Notes: a model not told the origin generated them from the letters alone. Shown: positions 10,757 through 20,869, counted from the first letter of the stretch. The stretch: 64,000 bases of DNA from Sulfurospirillum sp. (GCA_016744795.1 JADGDR010000011.1:2770-66769), one strand, 5' to 3'. Made by a program: numbers and translations.

Positions 10757-11286
10757 TAGTTTTTTTGAATTCCCAGTAACTCTTTTCTAAGACTTGTTGG
10801 AAGAGCAAAAGAAGCTAAATGAATTTCTGCATTGTAGTAACTCAGATCTTCAATCAAATCTGCACGTTGTAAGATTATATCGGCTGTTGGATGATATTTT
10901 TTAGTTGCTATTATTGCTTTCTTATCTTCAATTTTATATGTCATAACAATTCCAAATAAACTTCCAAAGTTAGCTAATGGAGTTTTTAAATCATCTGTTG
11001 CTTTTAAAACAACTAAACCATTTTTACGTAAAACTCTATTTATCTGAGCTACAAATGTTGGTTCATAAAATCTATCTGAATTTACTATAACCACGTCTAA
11101 TGAGCTATCTTTGGCACTCTCTATAGATGAAACATTATTACCAAGGTCTACATGTAAACCCTCGTATCTATCAATTTCACTATTTATATAATCATGACTT
11201 CCTAAAATAAATACATCTTTTGGTTCTTTATGTGTGCACAATGCAACGTGTGTTAGCATCTCAGCGTTTATAACATCTTGATTCAC
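10756..11286 (-). CDS. Spermidine synthase-like protein (short, degenerate SAM-site)
   Basis: 176 aa with a GTG start. EMLTHVALCTHKEPKDVFILG and the C-terminal YYNAEIHLASFALP resemble the SpeE core. The N-terminal domain and the GGGDGG-type motif are absent. Confidence 0.5.
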   Translation of the reverse strand: MNQDVINAEMLTHVALCTHKEPKDVFILGSHDYINSEIDRYEGLHVDLGNNVSSIESAKDSSLDVVIVNSDRFYEPTFVAQINRVLRKNGLVVLKATDDLKTPLANFGSLFGIVMTYKIEDKKAIIATKKYHPTADIILQRADLIEDLSYYNAEIHLASFALPTSLRKELLGIQKN

Positions 11287-11361
11287 TACTCATACCTTTA
11301 TATTTTTAGCACGATTTTAACATAATTTTGTTAAAATAGTTTAAAAACATTTAGGATAGTT

Positions 11362-12357
11362 ATGAGCACAGTAAGTTATAAAGATGCAGGCGTTGATATA
11401 GACGCAGGAAATCAGTTCGTAGAAAACATCAAACCTTTAGTAAAATCAACCTTTGATTCAAATGTAATAGGGGGGATTGGCTCATTTGCTGGTGCTTATG
11501 AGATGCCAACAGGATATAAAAAACCTGTTATTCTAGGTGCAACTGATGGAGTTGGAACTAAACTAAAATTGGCAATTGACTCTGGTAAATATGACACAGT
11601 AGGTATTGACTTAGTGGCTATGTGTGTTAATGATTTAATTTGTAACTTTGGAACTCCACTTTTCTTTTTAGATTACTATGCTACAAGTAAACTAGATATT
11701 GAAGCTTCAACTGCTGTTGTAAAAGGCATAGCTGAGGGATGTATTGAGTCAGAGTGTTCACTTATTGGTGGTGAAACTGCTGAAATGCCAGGAATGTATA
11801 ATGGTAAAGATTTTGATTTAGCTGGTTTTTCTGTAGGAATCGCGGAAAAAGATGAAATGAACCGCCTAGTTCATGTCAAAGATGGAGATATTCTAGTAGC
11901 ACTTCCAAGCTCAGGCATACACTCAAACGGTTACTCACTTGTTAGAAAACTGTTCTTTGATAAGTTAGACTATAAGTTCGATACAATAGTTGATGGTAAA
12001 CCTCTTATAGACATACTTTTAACTCCTACAAAACTCTATGTTAAAACATTTAAAAAATTAAAATCTAAAATAAACGCGTTAGCTCACATTACTGGTGGTG
12101 GTATAGTTGAAAACCTACCAAGAGTTTTACCTGAGAATATGCAAGCAGTAGTTTATAAAGACAAGATTAAGACTCTACCTATTTTTGATATTATGGCTCA
12201 ACATGTTGAAGAGAGTGAAATGTACAGAACTTTCAATATGGGTGTTGGTATGGTTCTCGTTGTAAGTCCCCAAAATGTTGATGATGTTCTAGCTTCGTCT
12301 GATGGATACGTTATTGGTGAACTAAAAGAGGGTGAGAAAAAAGCAGTAATGATTTAA
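11362..12357 (+). CDS. purM: Phosphoribosylformylglycinamidine cyclo-ligase (AIR synthetase)
   Basis: 331 aa. Motifs SYKDAGVDIDAGN, DGVGTKL and GGETAEMPG are PurM hallmarks. Confidence 0.96.
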   Translation: MSTVSYKDAGVDIDAGNQFVENIKPLVKSTFDSNVIGGIGSFAGAYEMPTGYKKPVILGATDGVGTKLKLAIDSGKYDTVGIDLVAMCVNDLICNFGTPLFFLDYYATSKLDIEASTAVVKGIAEGCIESECSLIGGETAEMPGMYNGKDFDLAGFSVGIAEKDEMNRLVHVKDGDILVALPSSGIHSNGYSLVRKLFFDKLDYKFDTIVDGKPLIDILLTPTKLYVKTFKKLKSKINALAHITGGGIVENLPRVLPENMQAVVYKDKIKTLPIFDIMAQHVEESEMYRTFNMGVGMVLVVSPQNVDDVLASSDGYVIGELKEGEKKAVMI

Positions 12358-13151
12358 TGAACACTGTCTATATAGTCTCAAAAATATTTACATATCTAGT
12401 GTTATCTCCGATTATTTTTATAATCTTTTTTTTGATTGCCTCTTTTTATGTTCAAAAATTTCGTATAGTTTTTGTGACTATTGCCCTATGTTTTTATGCT
12501 CTTAGTATTTCATACGTATCTAATACTCTATTATTACCTTTAGAAAAGCCTTATAATAGAGTTTTAGAAAAAAGCAACATGGTAAATGCTGTTGTTGTAT
12601 TAAGTGGTGGGAATATAGAAGGAAGTGCTAACATTCCCATGAAAAGTGATGCATATAAAAGAGCTATGTGGGGGCTGATGATAGCAAAATCTAAAAATTT
12701 GCCTCTTTTGTTCTGTGGTGCTGGACTTGAACTCTATACAGAAGCCGATGCATTTTTAGATAGCATGAAAGAGATAACAAACAATCTACATGTAGACATT
12801 CCAATCTCTTCATCTTTGACACTAAACTCTTTTTCTTTACATGTAGAAGATAGAAGTTTAGATACATATCAAAATGCACAATTTGCAAAAGAAGAATTTG
12901 ATGCTATTGGCATCAATAGACCTGTTATCTATCTTGTTACTTCTGCTTTTCATATGAGACGTGCAATCTTGCTTTATGAATATTTTGGATTTCAAGCTAT
13001 ACCAGCTGCTACAAGCTTTAGATTAGACGATAAAGCTCAAGAAGTAGGCATATTATCTTTTGTACCAAGTTTTAAAGCTTTAAATAATAGTTACATTGCT
13101 CTTCACGAATATGCTGGACTACTTAGCTTAATTTTAAGAGGTATTATTTAA
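12357..13151 (+). CDS. YdcF/DUF218 family membrane-anchored protein
   Basis: 264 aa with two N-terminal TM segments followed by a DUF218-like core (VVVLSGG ... LVTSAFHMRRA). The ATG overlaps the purM TAA (TAATG). Confidence 0.75.
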   Translation: MNTVYIVSKIFTYLVLSPIIFIIFFLIASFYVQKFRIVFVTIALCFYALSISYVSNTLLLPLEKPYNRVLEKSNMVNAVVVLSGGNIEGSANIPMKSDAYKRAMWGLMIAKSKNLPLLFCGAGLELYTEADAFLDSMKEITNNLHVDIPISSSLTLNSFSLHVEDRSLDTYQNAQFAKEEFDAIGINRPVIYLVTSAFHMRRAILLYEYFGFQAIPAATSFRLDDKAQEVGILSFVPSFKALNNSYIALHEYAGLLSLILRGII

Positions 13152-13202
13152 TTAGGGAATATTATTTGCTTGTTATAAAGTATCTAATCAAAAGGATTCT
13201 TT

Positions 13203-13646
13203 ATGCAAATAAATACTTCAAATTTACATTCTCACTTAATGAGCACCGAAAAAAACAAACAAGCCAAAATAGCAGAATTTGCGAGTGAACTCGAGAAACA
13301 ACTCATCAACACTATAAAAACTCAAAAACCGCAAGAGCCTAAAAAAGATCCAGAAGTTGTAGAATTTTTAGAAAAACTCACTTCATATGGACCTGTTTCT
13401 TATCTTCAACAGTTAAATATTGAAAAAATAGAAAAACTATTGGAAGAAAAACGTGAAGAGTTAAAAAAATCCTTAGCTTTAGATGAAAATACTACTCCTC
13501 CATTAGAAGGAGTTAATAGAGAAAATGCATTGGCTTCACTTGAAGATATTATGAGTGCTTATGCTAAAGAATTGATGCGAAGAATGGAAGCAAAAGAACA
13601 ATTAGAAGATGAAAAGAAAAGTCCCATGACTCTTTTACTTAGTTAG
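13203..13646 (+). CDS. Hypothetical acidic, helical protein
   Basis: 147-aa ORF with an ATG start, flanked by a terminator hairpin. I recognise no motif, and the composition is Lys/Glu-rich and helical. Confidence 0.5.
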   Translation: MQINTSNLHSHLMSTEKNKQAKIAEFASELEKQLINTIKTQKPQEPKKDPEVVEFLEKLTSYGPVSYLQQLNIEKIEKLLEEKREELKKSLALDENTTPPLEGVNRENALASLEDIMSAYAKELMRRMEAKEQLEDEKKSPMTLLLS

Positions 13647-13647
13647 A

Positions 13648-13669
13648 AAATCCCCAAGTATGGGGATTT
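13648..13669. terminator. Bidirectional terminator hairpin between convergent genes
   Basis: A perfect 9-bp stem pairs AAATCCCCA with TGGGGATTT around the loop AGTA, with A/T runs on both sides. It lies between the 13203..13646 (+) ORF and the NfeD gene (-). Confidence 0.6.
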
Positions 13670-13670
13670 A

Positions 13671-14081
13671 TTATGTTTTAATCACAGCTTTATTTTTAAC
13701 AATTTCAACATTTACCTTATCTCCATCTCTGTAAGAACTAAGATCATCATGAGTATTCCAATAAGTCCCTTCAAACTTTATCTGCTTTCCATCAATGGTG
13801 CCAATGCCCTTAATATGAATTCTCTCTTCTTTATTGCTGCTACTTCTTCCAAGTAATTCTATAAACTTTTTTCTAAATAACAAGGTAAAAGATAATCCAA
13901 TAACAAGAACTGTCGCTATCTGAGAGAAAAGACTTTCAAAATTTAAAACCCAAAGTTCCAAAAATGCAACTACTAAAAAACCTAGTCCAACAGGAAACAA
14001 AAAGAATGAAAGCATAAGAGACTCTAGTCCAACCAATAATATACCAATTGCTAAAAGCCACTCAAAAGACAAGGCTTCCAT
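13671..14081 (-). CDS. NfeD family membrane protein
   Basis: 136 aa with three N-terminal TM helices plus a C-terminal OB-like soluble domain (GTIDGKQIKFEGTYWN...GDKVNVEIV). It is translationally coupled downstream of an SPFH gene, the classic NfeD-SPFH pair. Confidence 0.75.
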   Translation of the reverse strand: MEALSFEWLLAIGILLVGLESLMLSFFLFPVGLGFLVVAFLELWVLNFESLFSQIATVLVIGLSFTLLFRKKFIELLGRSSSNKEERIHIKGIGTIDGKQIKFEGTYWNTHDDLSSYRDGDKVNVEIVKNKAVIKT

Positions 14082-15004
14082 TATTTTTTGTTTTTACCAA
14101 AAAATTCTGAGACCATAGATAAAGAACCTATAAGTTCCGTTGCTTCATAAGGAACGATTACCTTATCTTTAGAATCACTCTTTGCAAGCTCTTTAAATGC
14201 TTCTATTCTATCTTTAATCAAAAGATACTCCGCACTTGCTCCATTTTGATTCATTGCTTCATTTATCATATCCATTGCCTCTTTTTGACCTTCTGCCAAA
14301 GCAATTTGTTCATACTTCTGTGCATCTGCCATTCTCTCAATTGCTTCTGCTTCAAGTACTTTTTTTTGTTTTAACGCTTCTGCCTCACGTATTACAGCTT
14401 CTTTATTTGCTATAGCGTTAAGTTCTATCGCTCTTTTTTCTCTCTCGGCTTTCATCTGCATATTCATCGCTTCTTCTATTTCAGCGGGAACAGAAATATC
14501 ACGAAGTTCAACTCTCATAGTTTTTACACCCCATTTTTGAGTCGCCTCATCGAGTGCTAAAAGAATTCTTTTATTTAAAGTATCTCTTGAAGAGAGTGTT
14601 TCATCTAAAGCTAACTGTCCTATCTCCGCTCTTAAAGATGTAGTAGAAAGATTCGAAATTGCTCTTTTAAAATCAACTATACCATAAACTGCTTCTTTTG
14701 CTATTTCAACTTGAATAAAAACAATCCCATCAACAGAAATATTTACATTGTCTTTGGTAATTACACTTTGTTGAGGAATATTTATGATTTGTTCTTGTTT
14801 TGTAAGTTTGTCTCTTACACTATCTAAAACAGGTATTATTAAATGCAAACCTCCATCAAGTGTAGTATGGTACTTTCCTAGTCTCTCAATAACCCAAGCA
14901 TCAGCCTGAGGGACAATTTTAACACCTTTGTATATAATTATACCAAGTGCTACTATTAAGGCAATAGGGATAATCATACTTGGATCTATATTTTGTGTGT
15001 ACAT
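14081..15004 (-). CDS. SPFH/band-7 (stomatin-like) protein
   Basis: 307 aa with an N-terminal TM, an SPFH core (VPQADAWVIERLGKYHTTL, ITKDNVNISVDG) and an Ala/Glu-rich coiled-coil tail. Confidence 0.9.
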   Translation of the reverse strand: MYTQNIDPSMIIPIALIVALGIIIYKGVKIVPQADAWVIERLGKYHTTLDGGLHLIIPVLDSVRDKLTKQEQIINIPQQSVITKDNVNISVDGIVFIQVEIAKEAVYGIVDFKRAISNLSTTSLRAEIGQLALDETLSSRDTLNKRILLALDEATQKWGVKTMRVELRDISVPAEIEEAMNMQMKAEREKRAIELNAIANKEAVIREAEALKQKKVLEAEAIERMADAQKYEQIALAEGQKEAMDMINEAMNQNGASAEYLLIKDRIEAFKELAKSDSKDKVIVPYEATELIGSLSMVSEFFGKNKK

Positions 15005-15095
15005 GTATACTCCTCGAATTTTTATTTATTATACTATTAAAAATCTAACAAATAAGAAAAATAGTTTCTATCTTTGCTATTTTAAAATTGCTTTT

Positions 15096-16427
15096 TTACA
15101 TTTCAGCTAATATCTGCTCAGCCATTTTTTTAGAGTTTCTGACACAATCATTTAGCCCAACACCATAATAAGCATTTGAACTTAAATATAGCCCTCGATG
15201 ATTTTTGAGTTTTTCAAAAAGTTCACCCATACTCTCCAAATGTCCTACTCTATAGTTAGGAATTCCTCTTTCAAATCTTTTTACATAACTCACATCAGGA
15301 AGCACGTCAAGCCCCATAGTCTCTTTTATCCCTCTAATTGCTATTTCTAAAAGCTCCTTATCACTTTTCATAGCTAGTTCAGGACTCCTTTGACCACCTA
15401 TCATAACTCTAAGTGATTTTTTACCTTTAGGAGCACGATCATGAAAAATTGAGCTATCCCATAAAACTCCTAGTACCTCTTTTTTAGCACTTGAAGTAGT
15501 AAGCAAACCAAAACCTTTTAAGTCATGAGAAAGTTCATTATAACCCAGTCCTACTATGCTTATAGGTGAGTATTCTATGGAATCGAGCATTTGTGCTAGA
15601 TTATCATCTATCTCTTTTATTATCTGTGCACTTTCATAAGCAGGAGTAGACAATATCACCCTATCAAAACTCTCTGTTTTACCATTTACATGTAGAGTAT
15701 ATTCCTCATCTACTTTATCTATTTTCTTTACATGTAAACCTGTTTTTATCTCTATATTGGTTGAACTTGCAAGTTTTTCTATAAAAGTACTAACACCACC
15801 TTTGAAGCTCATAAGAACTCCACCAGGACCAGCTTCTTTTTTTCTTTTTGCAATCATGCCTCGAAATAGTCCACCATAATCCTTTTCAAGTTTCACAACA
15901 GCAGGGAAGGCTGATTTAACTGAAATTTTATCGGGTGAAGAGGCAAAAATGCCTGCAACCATAGCATCTAAAAAAGTATCGGTCATCTCTTTGCCCACAC
16001 GTCTATAACCAAAACTCTGTAAAGTTTCATCTTTATCATCTTTTTTTGCTGCTCGAAAATACTCGCTAGCAACACGAAATTTGCCTTTACATGTAAGAAG
16101 AGGGGATTTTAAAAAAGCTATTGGGGATTCTGGAAGTTGATGAAGTGCATCTTTGTAAATAAATCTGATTCTAGCATTATCGTCACTTCTTATTAGTATG
16201 TCATCACAGCCAGAAGATTTTACAAGATTTAAAGTATCTGGTTTGTTCGACAAAAAACCATTACTTCCCTCTTCAAATAAAAATCCTTTCAGCTCTTTGG
16301 TTTTCATCTTACCACCAATTTGCTCATCTTTTTCAAATAGAGTTATGCTAACATCTGGATTTTTTTGACGTATATAAAACGCCGTAGCTAAACCACTAAT
16401 CCCACCACCAACAATAGCTATTTTCAT
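15096..16427 (-). CDS. hemY: HemY-type protoporphyrinogen/coproporphyrinogen oxidase (FAD)
   Basis: 443 aa with the dinucleotide fold KIAIVGGGISGLATAFY and EKDEQIGGK. Length and the C-terminal YYGVGLNDC match the PPOX family. Confidence 0.85.
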   Translation of the reverse strand: MKIAIVGGGISGLATAFYIRQKNPDVSITLFEKDEQIGGKMKTKELKGFLFEEGSNGFLSNKPDTLNLVKSSGCDDILIRSDDNARIRFIYKDALHQLPESPIAFLKSPLLTCKGKFRVASEYFRAAKKDDKDETLQSFGYRRVGKEMTDTFLDAMVAGIFASSPDKISVKSAFPAVVKLEKDYGGLFRGMIAKRKKEAGPGGVLMSFKGGVSTFIEKLASSTNIEIKTGLHVKKIDKVDEEYTLHVNGKTESFDRVILSTPAYESAQIIKEIDDNLAQMLDSIEYSPISIVGLGYNELSHDLKGFGLLTTSSAKKEVLGVLWDSSIFHDRAPKGKKSLRVMIGGQRSPELAMKSDKELLEIAIRGIKETMGLDVLPDVSYVKRFERGIPNYRVGHLESMGELFEKLKNHRGLYLSSNAYYGVGLNDCVRNSKKMAEQILAEM

Positions 16428-16498
16428 AAGTTGTAACCTTTAAAATAAAAAAATTACTTAATTATAGAACTATTTAAATAATAAAACAATAATAGAAG

Positions 16499-17191
16499 TT
16501 AATTTTTATCTTCTTCAGAAAACCATTCTATATTTTTAATAACTACATTACCTAGTTCTTTTGCTTCTTCTATTTCTTTAGCAGTCATTATTAAACTTAA
16601 TTCATCCAAACATTTTCTAGATGACCATTTTAAGTTCATATCCTTTGAGAATCCTGTATAAAATCTAACTAAATCTAGCCACTTATACGCCTGAACTAAA
16701 TTTTTATCCACTCCTTGCCCATATTTATATGATATCCCAAGGTTGTACATTGCTCTTATAGAACCTTTTAAAGCAGCTCTTTCATATAATTGAGAAGCTT
16801 TATTTTTATCTTTTTTTACACCTTTACCTAAATCATACATATAACCTAAATTATTAATGCCATCAAAATAACCATCATTAGAGCTTTTTTCATACCAATT
16901 AAATGCTTTTTTATAATTTTTTTTTGTCCCTCTACCTTCTAAATAATAATTACCTAATATATTTTTAGCAACTTTATTATTTCCTTTAGCAGATTTTAAA
17001 TACCAATTAAATGCCTCTTTAAAATTTTGTTGTTTTTCGTACAATAGAGCAAGCTTATACTGGTCAAAATAATTACCTGAATTTGCACTTTGTTCTAATT
17101 TTGTTACATCTACACTACTCATACTATTCGTACAAGCAGCTAAAAATAATATTATTAGACTTCCCATAAATAAGTTAAGCATTTTTTTCAC
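16499..17191 (-). CDS. Sel1-repeat lipoprotein
   Basis: 230 aa. A GTG start lies 5 nt after AAGGAG, and there is a lipobox (ILFLAAC). At least four Sel1/TPR-like repeats are present (A..WY.KSA..G...A...LG.MY..G.GV.K). Confidence 0.8.
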   Translation of the reverse strand: MKKMLNLFMGSLIILFLAACTNSMSSVDVTKLEQSANSGNYFDQYKLALLYEKQQNFKEAFNWYLKSAKGNNKVAKNILGNYYLEGRGTKKNYKKAFNWYEKSSNDGYFDGINNLGYMYDLGKGVKKDKNKASQLYERAALKGSIRAMYNLGISYKYGQGVDKNLVQAYKWLDLVRFYTGFSKDMNLKWSSRKCLDELSLIMTAKEIEEAKELGNVVIKNIEWFSEEDKN

Positions 17192-17232
17192 ATTTTCTCC
17201 TTAAATTTAATTTTCTTCAAACTATACAGTAA

Positions 17233-17320
17233 AGTTTTCATAAAAATACAGGTCTTTTTCAAGATAGTCCTGTTCTACCCAACCACCAAAGTCGTGAGAA
17301 TATTTATAGTTTTTTGGGCT
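17233..17320 (-). pseudogene. Degenerate duplicate of the rarA 3' end (gene remnant)
   Basis: This 88-bp stretch aligns without gaps to 17998-18085, the true rarA 3' end, with about 14 mismatches by hand. It translates to SPKNYKYSHDFGGWVEQDYLEKDLYFYEN, against SPKNYKYPHDFGGWVKQDYLEKNLHFYEN in rarA. Confidence 0.8.
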
Positions 17321-17395
17321 TTTTATAAGTTATAACCTTTATTAAACAATTACCATTTTTATAGTCTTATCCATTTAATACAGAGATAACATAAG

Positions 17396-17938
17396 TCAAT
17401 TTAAACGCAATAATTTAATCTGTTCTATATATGCTTCTTGATTGTAATTAGTCGAATAATAATTCATAAACCCATGCAAATAGTCTACTTTGAAGATTCG
17501 TACATTTTTCTTCTTAGAAAGCTTGTTTTGTAATTTTGCTACATCAAAGTATACTTCACTCTTAGGAAAAATTAATTTTATTTCAAAATTTGGACTTATG
17601 TCTATAAAATTTCTTATTTGTGAGCCATAAAAACAAATCGCTTTTTTGACATATTGGCTTGATGATATTTCAGATAACTTCCAAATTATAGAAGCACCTA
17701 CACTAAAACCTATTAAAATACTAGCCGAACTATTTAATTTAAGCACTTTTTGTAGTTTCTCTAAATAAGTATTTAGTCCTACTTTATCCATAAAATAAGA
17801 GTAAGCCTCACCTTCATCTAAAAAATTCATACTTTTACCATCATAGGGATCTACTATTTTACTTGCATTTATCTCATTAGCTAATTTTTCTAATGCAGGA
17901 GTTTTACCAAATATATCAGAAACTAAAATTATACTCAT
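17396..17938 (-). CDS. Alpha/beta hydrolase (dienelactone-hydrolase-like)
   Basis: 180 aa with a nucleophile elbow GFSVGAS, a short DLH-like fold and a C-terminal HGF motif. Confidence 0.65.
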   Translation of the reverse strand: MSIILVSDIFGKTPALEKLANEINASKIVDPYDGKSMNFLDEGEAYSYFMDKVGLNTYLEKLQKVLKLNSSASILIGFSVGASIIWKLSEISSSQYVKKAICFYGSQIRNFIDISPNFEIKLIFPKSEVYFDVAKLQNKLSKKKNVRIFKVDYLHGFMNYYSTNYNQEAYIEQIKLLRLN

Positions 17939-17941
17939 AAA

Positions 17942-19129
17942 TTAACCTTTGATTTTTCTCAACCAATCTTCTAAAGTCTTCTCAAATCCCATAGTAGAGT
18001 TTTCATAAAAATGCAAGTTTTTTTCAAGGTAATCTTGTTTTACCCAGCCACCAAAATCATGAGGGTATTTGTAATTTTTTGGGCTTGGACTTTTTAATTG
18101 AGGAGGGATTTTTAGAGCTTTTTCATTTTTAACATAAGCTAACGCTTCGTTTATTGCTTTATAACAACTATTTGATTTTGGACTGCAGGCTAAGTAAACT
18201 AAAGTCTGTGCTAAGATGATTCTAGATTCTGGAAAGCCTATCTTACTCACAGATTGGAAACAACTGTTAGCCAAGTTTAGTGCATTTGGGTTAGCATTTC
18301 CTATGTCTTCACTTGCTAAAATGACTAAACGACGTGCAATAAAATCAGCACTCTCTCCACCATCAATCAAACGTGCAAGATAGTACATTGCAGCGTCAAC
18401 ATCACTTCCTCTTACACTTTTTATCATAGCACTTATGAGGTTATAGTGACTATCGTCTGAGCTCACACCATCTTTGAGTGCATTTGGTCGTAAAGCTTTT
18501 AAGTTTTCATATGTTACATGTAAATCTACTTTGATAGCAAACTCTAACAAATTTAAAAGTGAGCGACTATCTCCAGCTGAGGAGCTTATAAGGTATTCTC
18601 TTGCATCATCATCAATTTCAAACTCTACTACTGTTTTCGCTCGCTCTATAACATCTTGTAAATCATCTACATGTAAAGAAAAAAATTCAAAAAGCATTGA
18701 ACGTGAACGTATGCCTGAAGAGAGGGTAAAGTAGGGGTTTTCAGTAGAAGCTCCAATGATGATAGCTTCTTTGTTTTCCATAGGGAGTAAAAGTACTTCT
18801 TGTTGAGTTTTACTAAGTCTATGCACCTCGTCTATGAAAATAAGAGGTTTTGCTAAAGAGTGCCTATGATCTGCAAAAATTTTTCTAAATGCATCTACTT
18901 TAACACTTGTGGCATCTAATTCAAAAAATGGAAGTTCAAGTTCACGAGAAACAATTCTAGCAAGCGTAGTTTTACCAACACCTGCTGGACCAAAAAAGAT
19001 ACAATGAGGAATAGTCCCTGATTTTAAAAGCTTAAAAAAAGGGCTATTTTCACTACATATATGCTTTTGCCCAGCCATTTCGCTAAGAGTAGTTGGGCGG
19101 AGTTTTAGAGCGAGATTATCTACTCTCAC
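17942..19129 (-). CDS. rarA: Replication-associated recombination protein A (AAA+ ATPase)
   Basis: 395 aa with a GTG start. It has LRPTTLSEMAGQ, Walker A GPAGVGKTTLA, Walker B IFIDEVHR and the MgsA C-terminal domain (DAAMYYLARL, IGNANP). Confidence 0.93.
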   Translation of the reverse strand: MRVDNLALKLRPTTLSEMAGQKHICSENSPFFKLLKSGTIPHCIFFGPAGVGKTTLARIVSRELELPFFELDATSVKVDAFRKIFADHRHSLAKPLIFIDEVHRLSKTQQEVLLLPMENKEAIIIGASTENPYFTLSSGIRSRSMLFEFFSLHVDDLQDVIERAKTVVEFEIDDDAREYLISSSAGDSRSLLNLLEFAIKVDLHVTYENLKALRPNALKDGVSSDDSHYNLISAMIKSVRGSDVDAAMYYLARLIDGGESADFIARRLVILASEDIGNANPNALNLANSCFQSVSKIGFPESRIILAQTLVYLACSPKSNSCYKAINEALAYVKNEKALKIPPQLKSPSPKNYKYPHDFGGWVKQDYLEKNLHFYENSTMGFEKTLEDWLRKIKG

Positions 19130-19898
19130 TCTCTTCTTCCATATATTTAAGATAATCTCTTAGACCTTTGTATTCGTTTGTTTCTAAGTACCTTGTTTTA
19201 CCAAGTTTTAACATACCTAAATCAACTATACCGTAGCTAACACGTTTTAAATCTACCACTTCAACATCGAAGTAACCAAAGAAACGTCTAAGTTCTCTGT
19301 TTTTACCCTCTTTAATAGTTACTTTTATAGTAGAAAAATTTGGTCTATTTTTAATAATACGATAATTTACAAATGGAGCAAAGTCCATGGAATAAATAGA
19401 ACTACTACTGTGTCCACCTTTTCTAGCATCCTCAGCATGAAGTCCTGTACGCATTGCATCTTCCATAGAAGGTGTGATTTCTCCATTTATCTTAACATAG
19501 TAAACTCTCTCTAAATCACCATGCATCAAGGCACTTACAACTTTTGGAGAGTCACATAACATTAGTAAACCTTCACTAGCGTAATCAAGTCTTCCAACAC
19601 TCAAATAGTGTGCGTACTTTGAAGGCAAAGAATCATAAATAGTTTTTCTACCTCTGTCATCTTTTTTACTAACTAACTCACCTTTTGGTTTGTTATAAAC
19701 GATAACCGTATATCCCTCTTTTTCATAAAGGTTTTTTCCATCAACATTTACTTTGTCATCAAAACTCACTTTAGTAGATAAATCAGTTACAACTTTTCCA
19801 CCTACTTTTATGAGACCTTTTTTTATAAGCTCATCTGCTTCTCTTCTCGAATAACGTGTGTTATGAGAAATTATTTTATTTAATCTAAATTTTTCCAT
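19116..19898 (-). CDS. RsuA/RluB-family pseudouridine synthase
   Basis: 260 aa with an N-terminal S4 domain (SRREADELIKKGLIKVGGK) and the catalytic motif GRLDYASEGLL. Confidence 0.85.
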   Translation of the reverse strand: MEKFRLNKIISHNTRYSRREADELIKKGLIKVGGKVVTDLSTKVSFDDKVNVDGKNLYEKEGYTVIVYNKPKGELVSKKDDRGRKTIYDSLPSKYAHYLSVGRLDYASEGLLMLCDSPKVVSALMHGDLERVYYVKINGEITPSMEDAMRTGLHAEDARKGGHSSSSIYSMDFAPFVNYRIIKNRPNFSTIKVTIKEGKNRELRRFFGYFDVEVVDLKRVSYGIVDLGMLKLGKTRYLETNEYKGLRDYLKYMEEESESR

Positions 19899-20860
19899 TA
19901 TTTTATGCCTGCTTCTACAAGGTCATGAATATGTAAAACACCATCAATTTGACCTTCTTTATTAGTTACAACTAAAAGTTGTATTTTATACTCTTCTACA
20001 ATTTTTAATGCATCACTTGCTAACAAGTTTGCGTCATTAAGTACTTTTGGATTCAGACAAGCGTAATCTAAAGCTCTATTTCCCAAAGAAAACTCTTCAC
20101 TTAAAAGTGCACGTCTTAAATCTCCATCACTAAGTAGTCCTACTAACTCATTAGTCTTGTTAGTTACAAGAACACTACCTAACCTACCCTCACTCATCGT
20201 AACAATTGCATCTTTAAGTTGCGTATCTTCACTAACAATTGGTAAGTTTTTAGTTCTCATTAAATCACTAACTTTAATAAAAAGTTGTTTACCTAAACTT
20301 CCTCCAGGATGAAATGATGCAAAGTCAGATTTTTGAAAATCTCTTTTTTTCATTAAACAAACAGCTAACGCATCACCAACACCAAGTGTTAGTGTAGTAG
20401 AAGAAGTTGGAGCAGTATCTAGGGGGCAAGCTTCTTTGTCTATAAATATAGACAAAAAGACATCACTATACTTCCCAAGGGAACTGTTTTTATCTCTAGC
20501 CATACCTATAAGAGGTATATCAAATCTCTTAATATGAGGAAGAATCTTGATAAGTTCTTCACTCTCTCCACTATAACTAATAGCCAAAACAGCATCATCT
20601 TTTCCAATCATTCCCAAATCACCATGCATGGCTTCTGTTGGATGTAAAAAGAAACTGCTTGTTCCTGTACTTGCTAAAGTAGCCGCTATCTTTGCTCCAA
20701 CTAAACCACTCTTGCCAACACCAGTAACAACAAGTTTGCCTTTGGTTTTCATGACTATATTTACAGCTTCTTCAATTTCAGAGCCTAAGTTCTCGGCACA
20801 TCTAAGTAACTCTTTAGCTTCAATTTCTAAAACTTCTCGTGCAATTTTTACAAAATCCAT
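19898..20860 (-). CDS. kdsD: Arabinose-5-phosphate isomerase (KpsF/GutQ family)
   Basis: 320 aa with a SIS domain (VTGVGKSGLVGAKIAATLASTG) followed by tandem CBS domains. Confidence 0.9.
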   Translation of the reverse strand: MDFVKIAREVLEIEAKELLRCAENLGSEIEEAVNIVMKTKGKLVVTGVGKSGLVGAKIAATLASTGTSSFFLHPTEAMHGDLGMIGKDDAVLAISYSGESEELIKILPHIKRFDIPLIGMARDKNSSLGKYSDVFLSIFIDKEACPLDTAPTSSTTLTLGVGDALAVCLMKKRDFQKSDFASFHPGGSLGKQLFIKVSDLMRTKNLPIVSEDTQLKDAIVTMSEGRLGSVLVTNKTNELVGLLSDGDLRRALLSEEFSLGNRALDYACLNPKVLNDANLLASDALKIVEEYKIQLLVVTNKEGQIDGVLHIHDLVEAGIK

Positions 20861-20869
20861 AAAATAACC

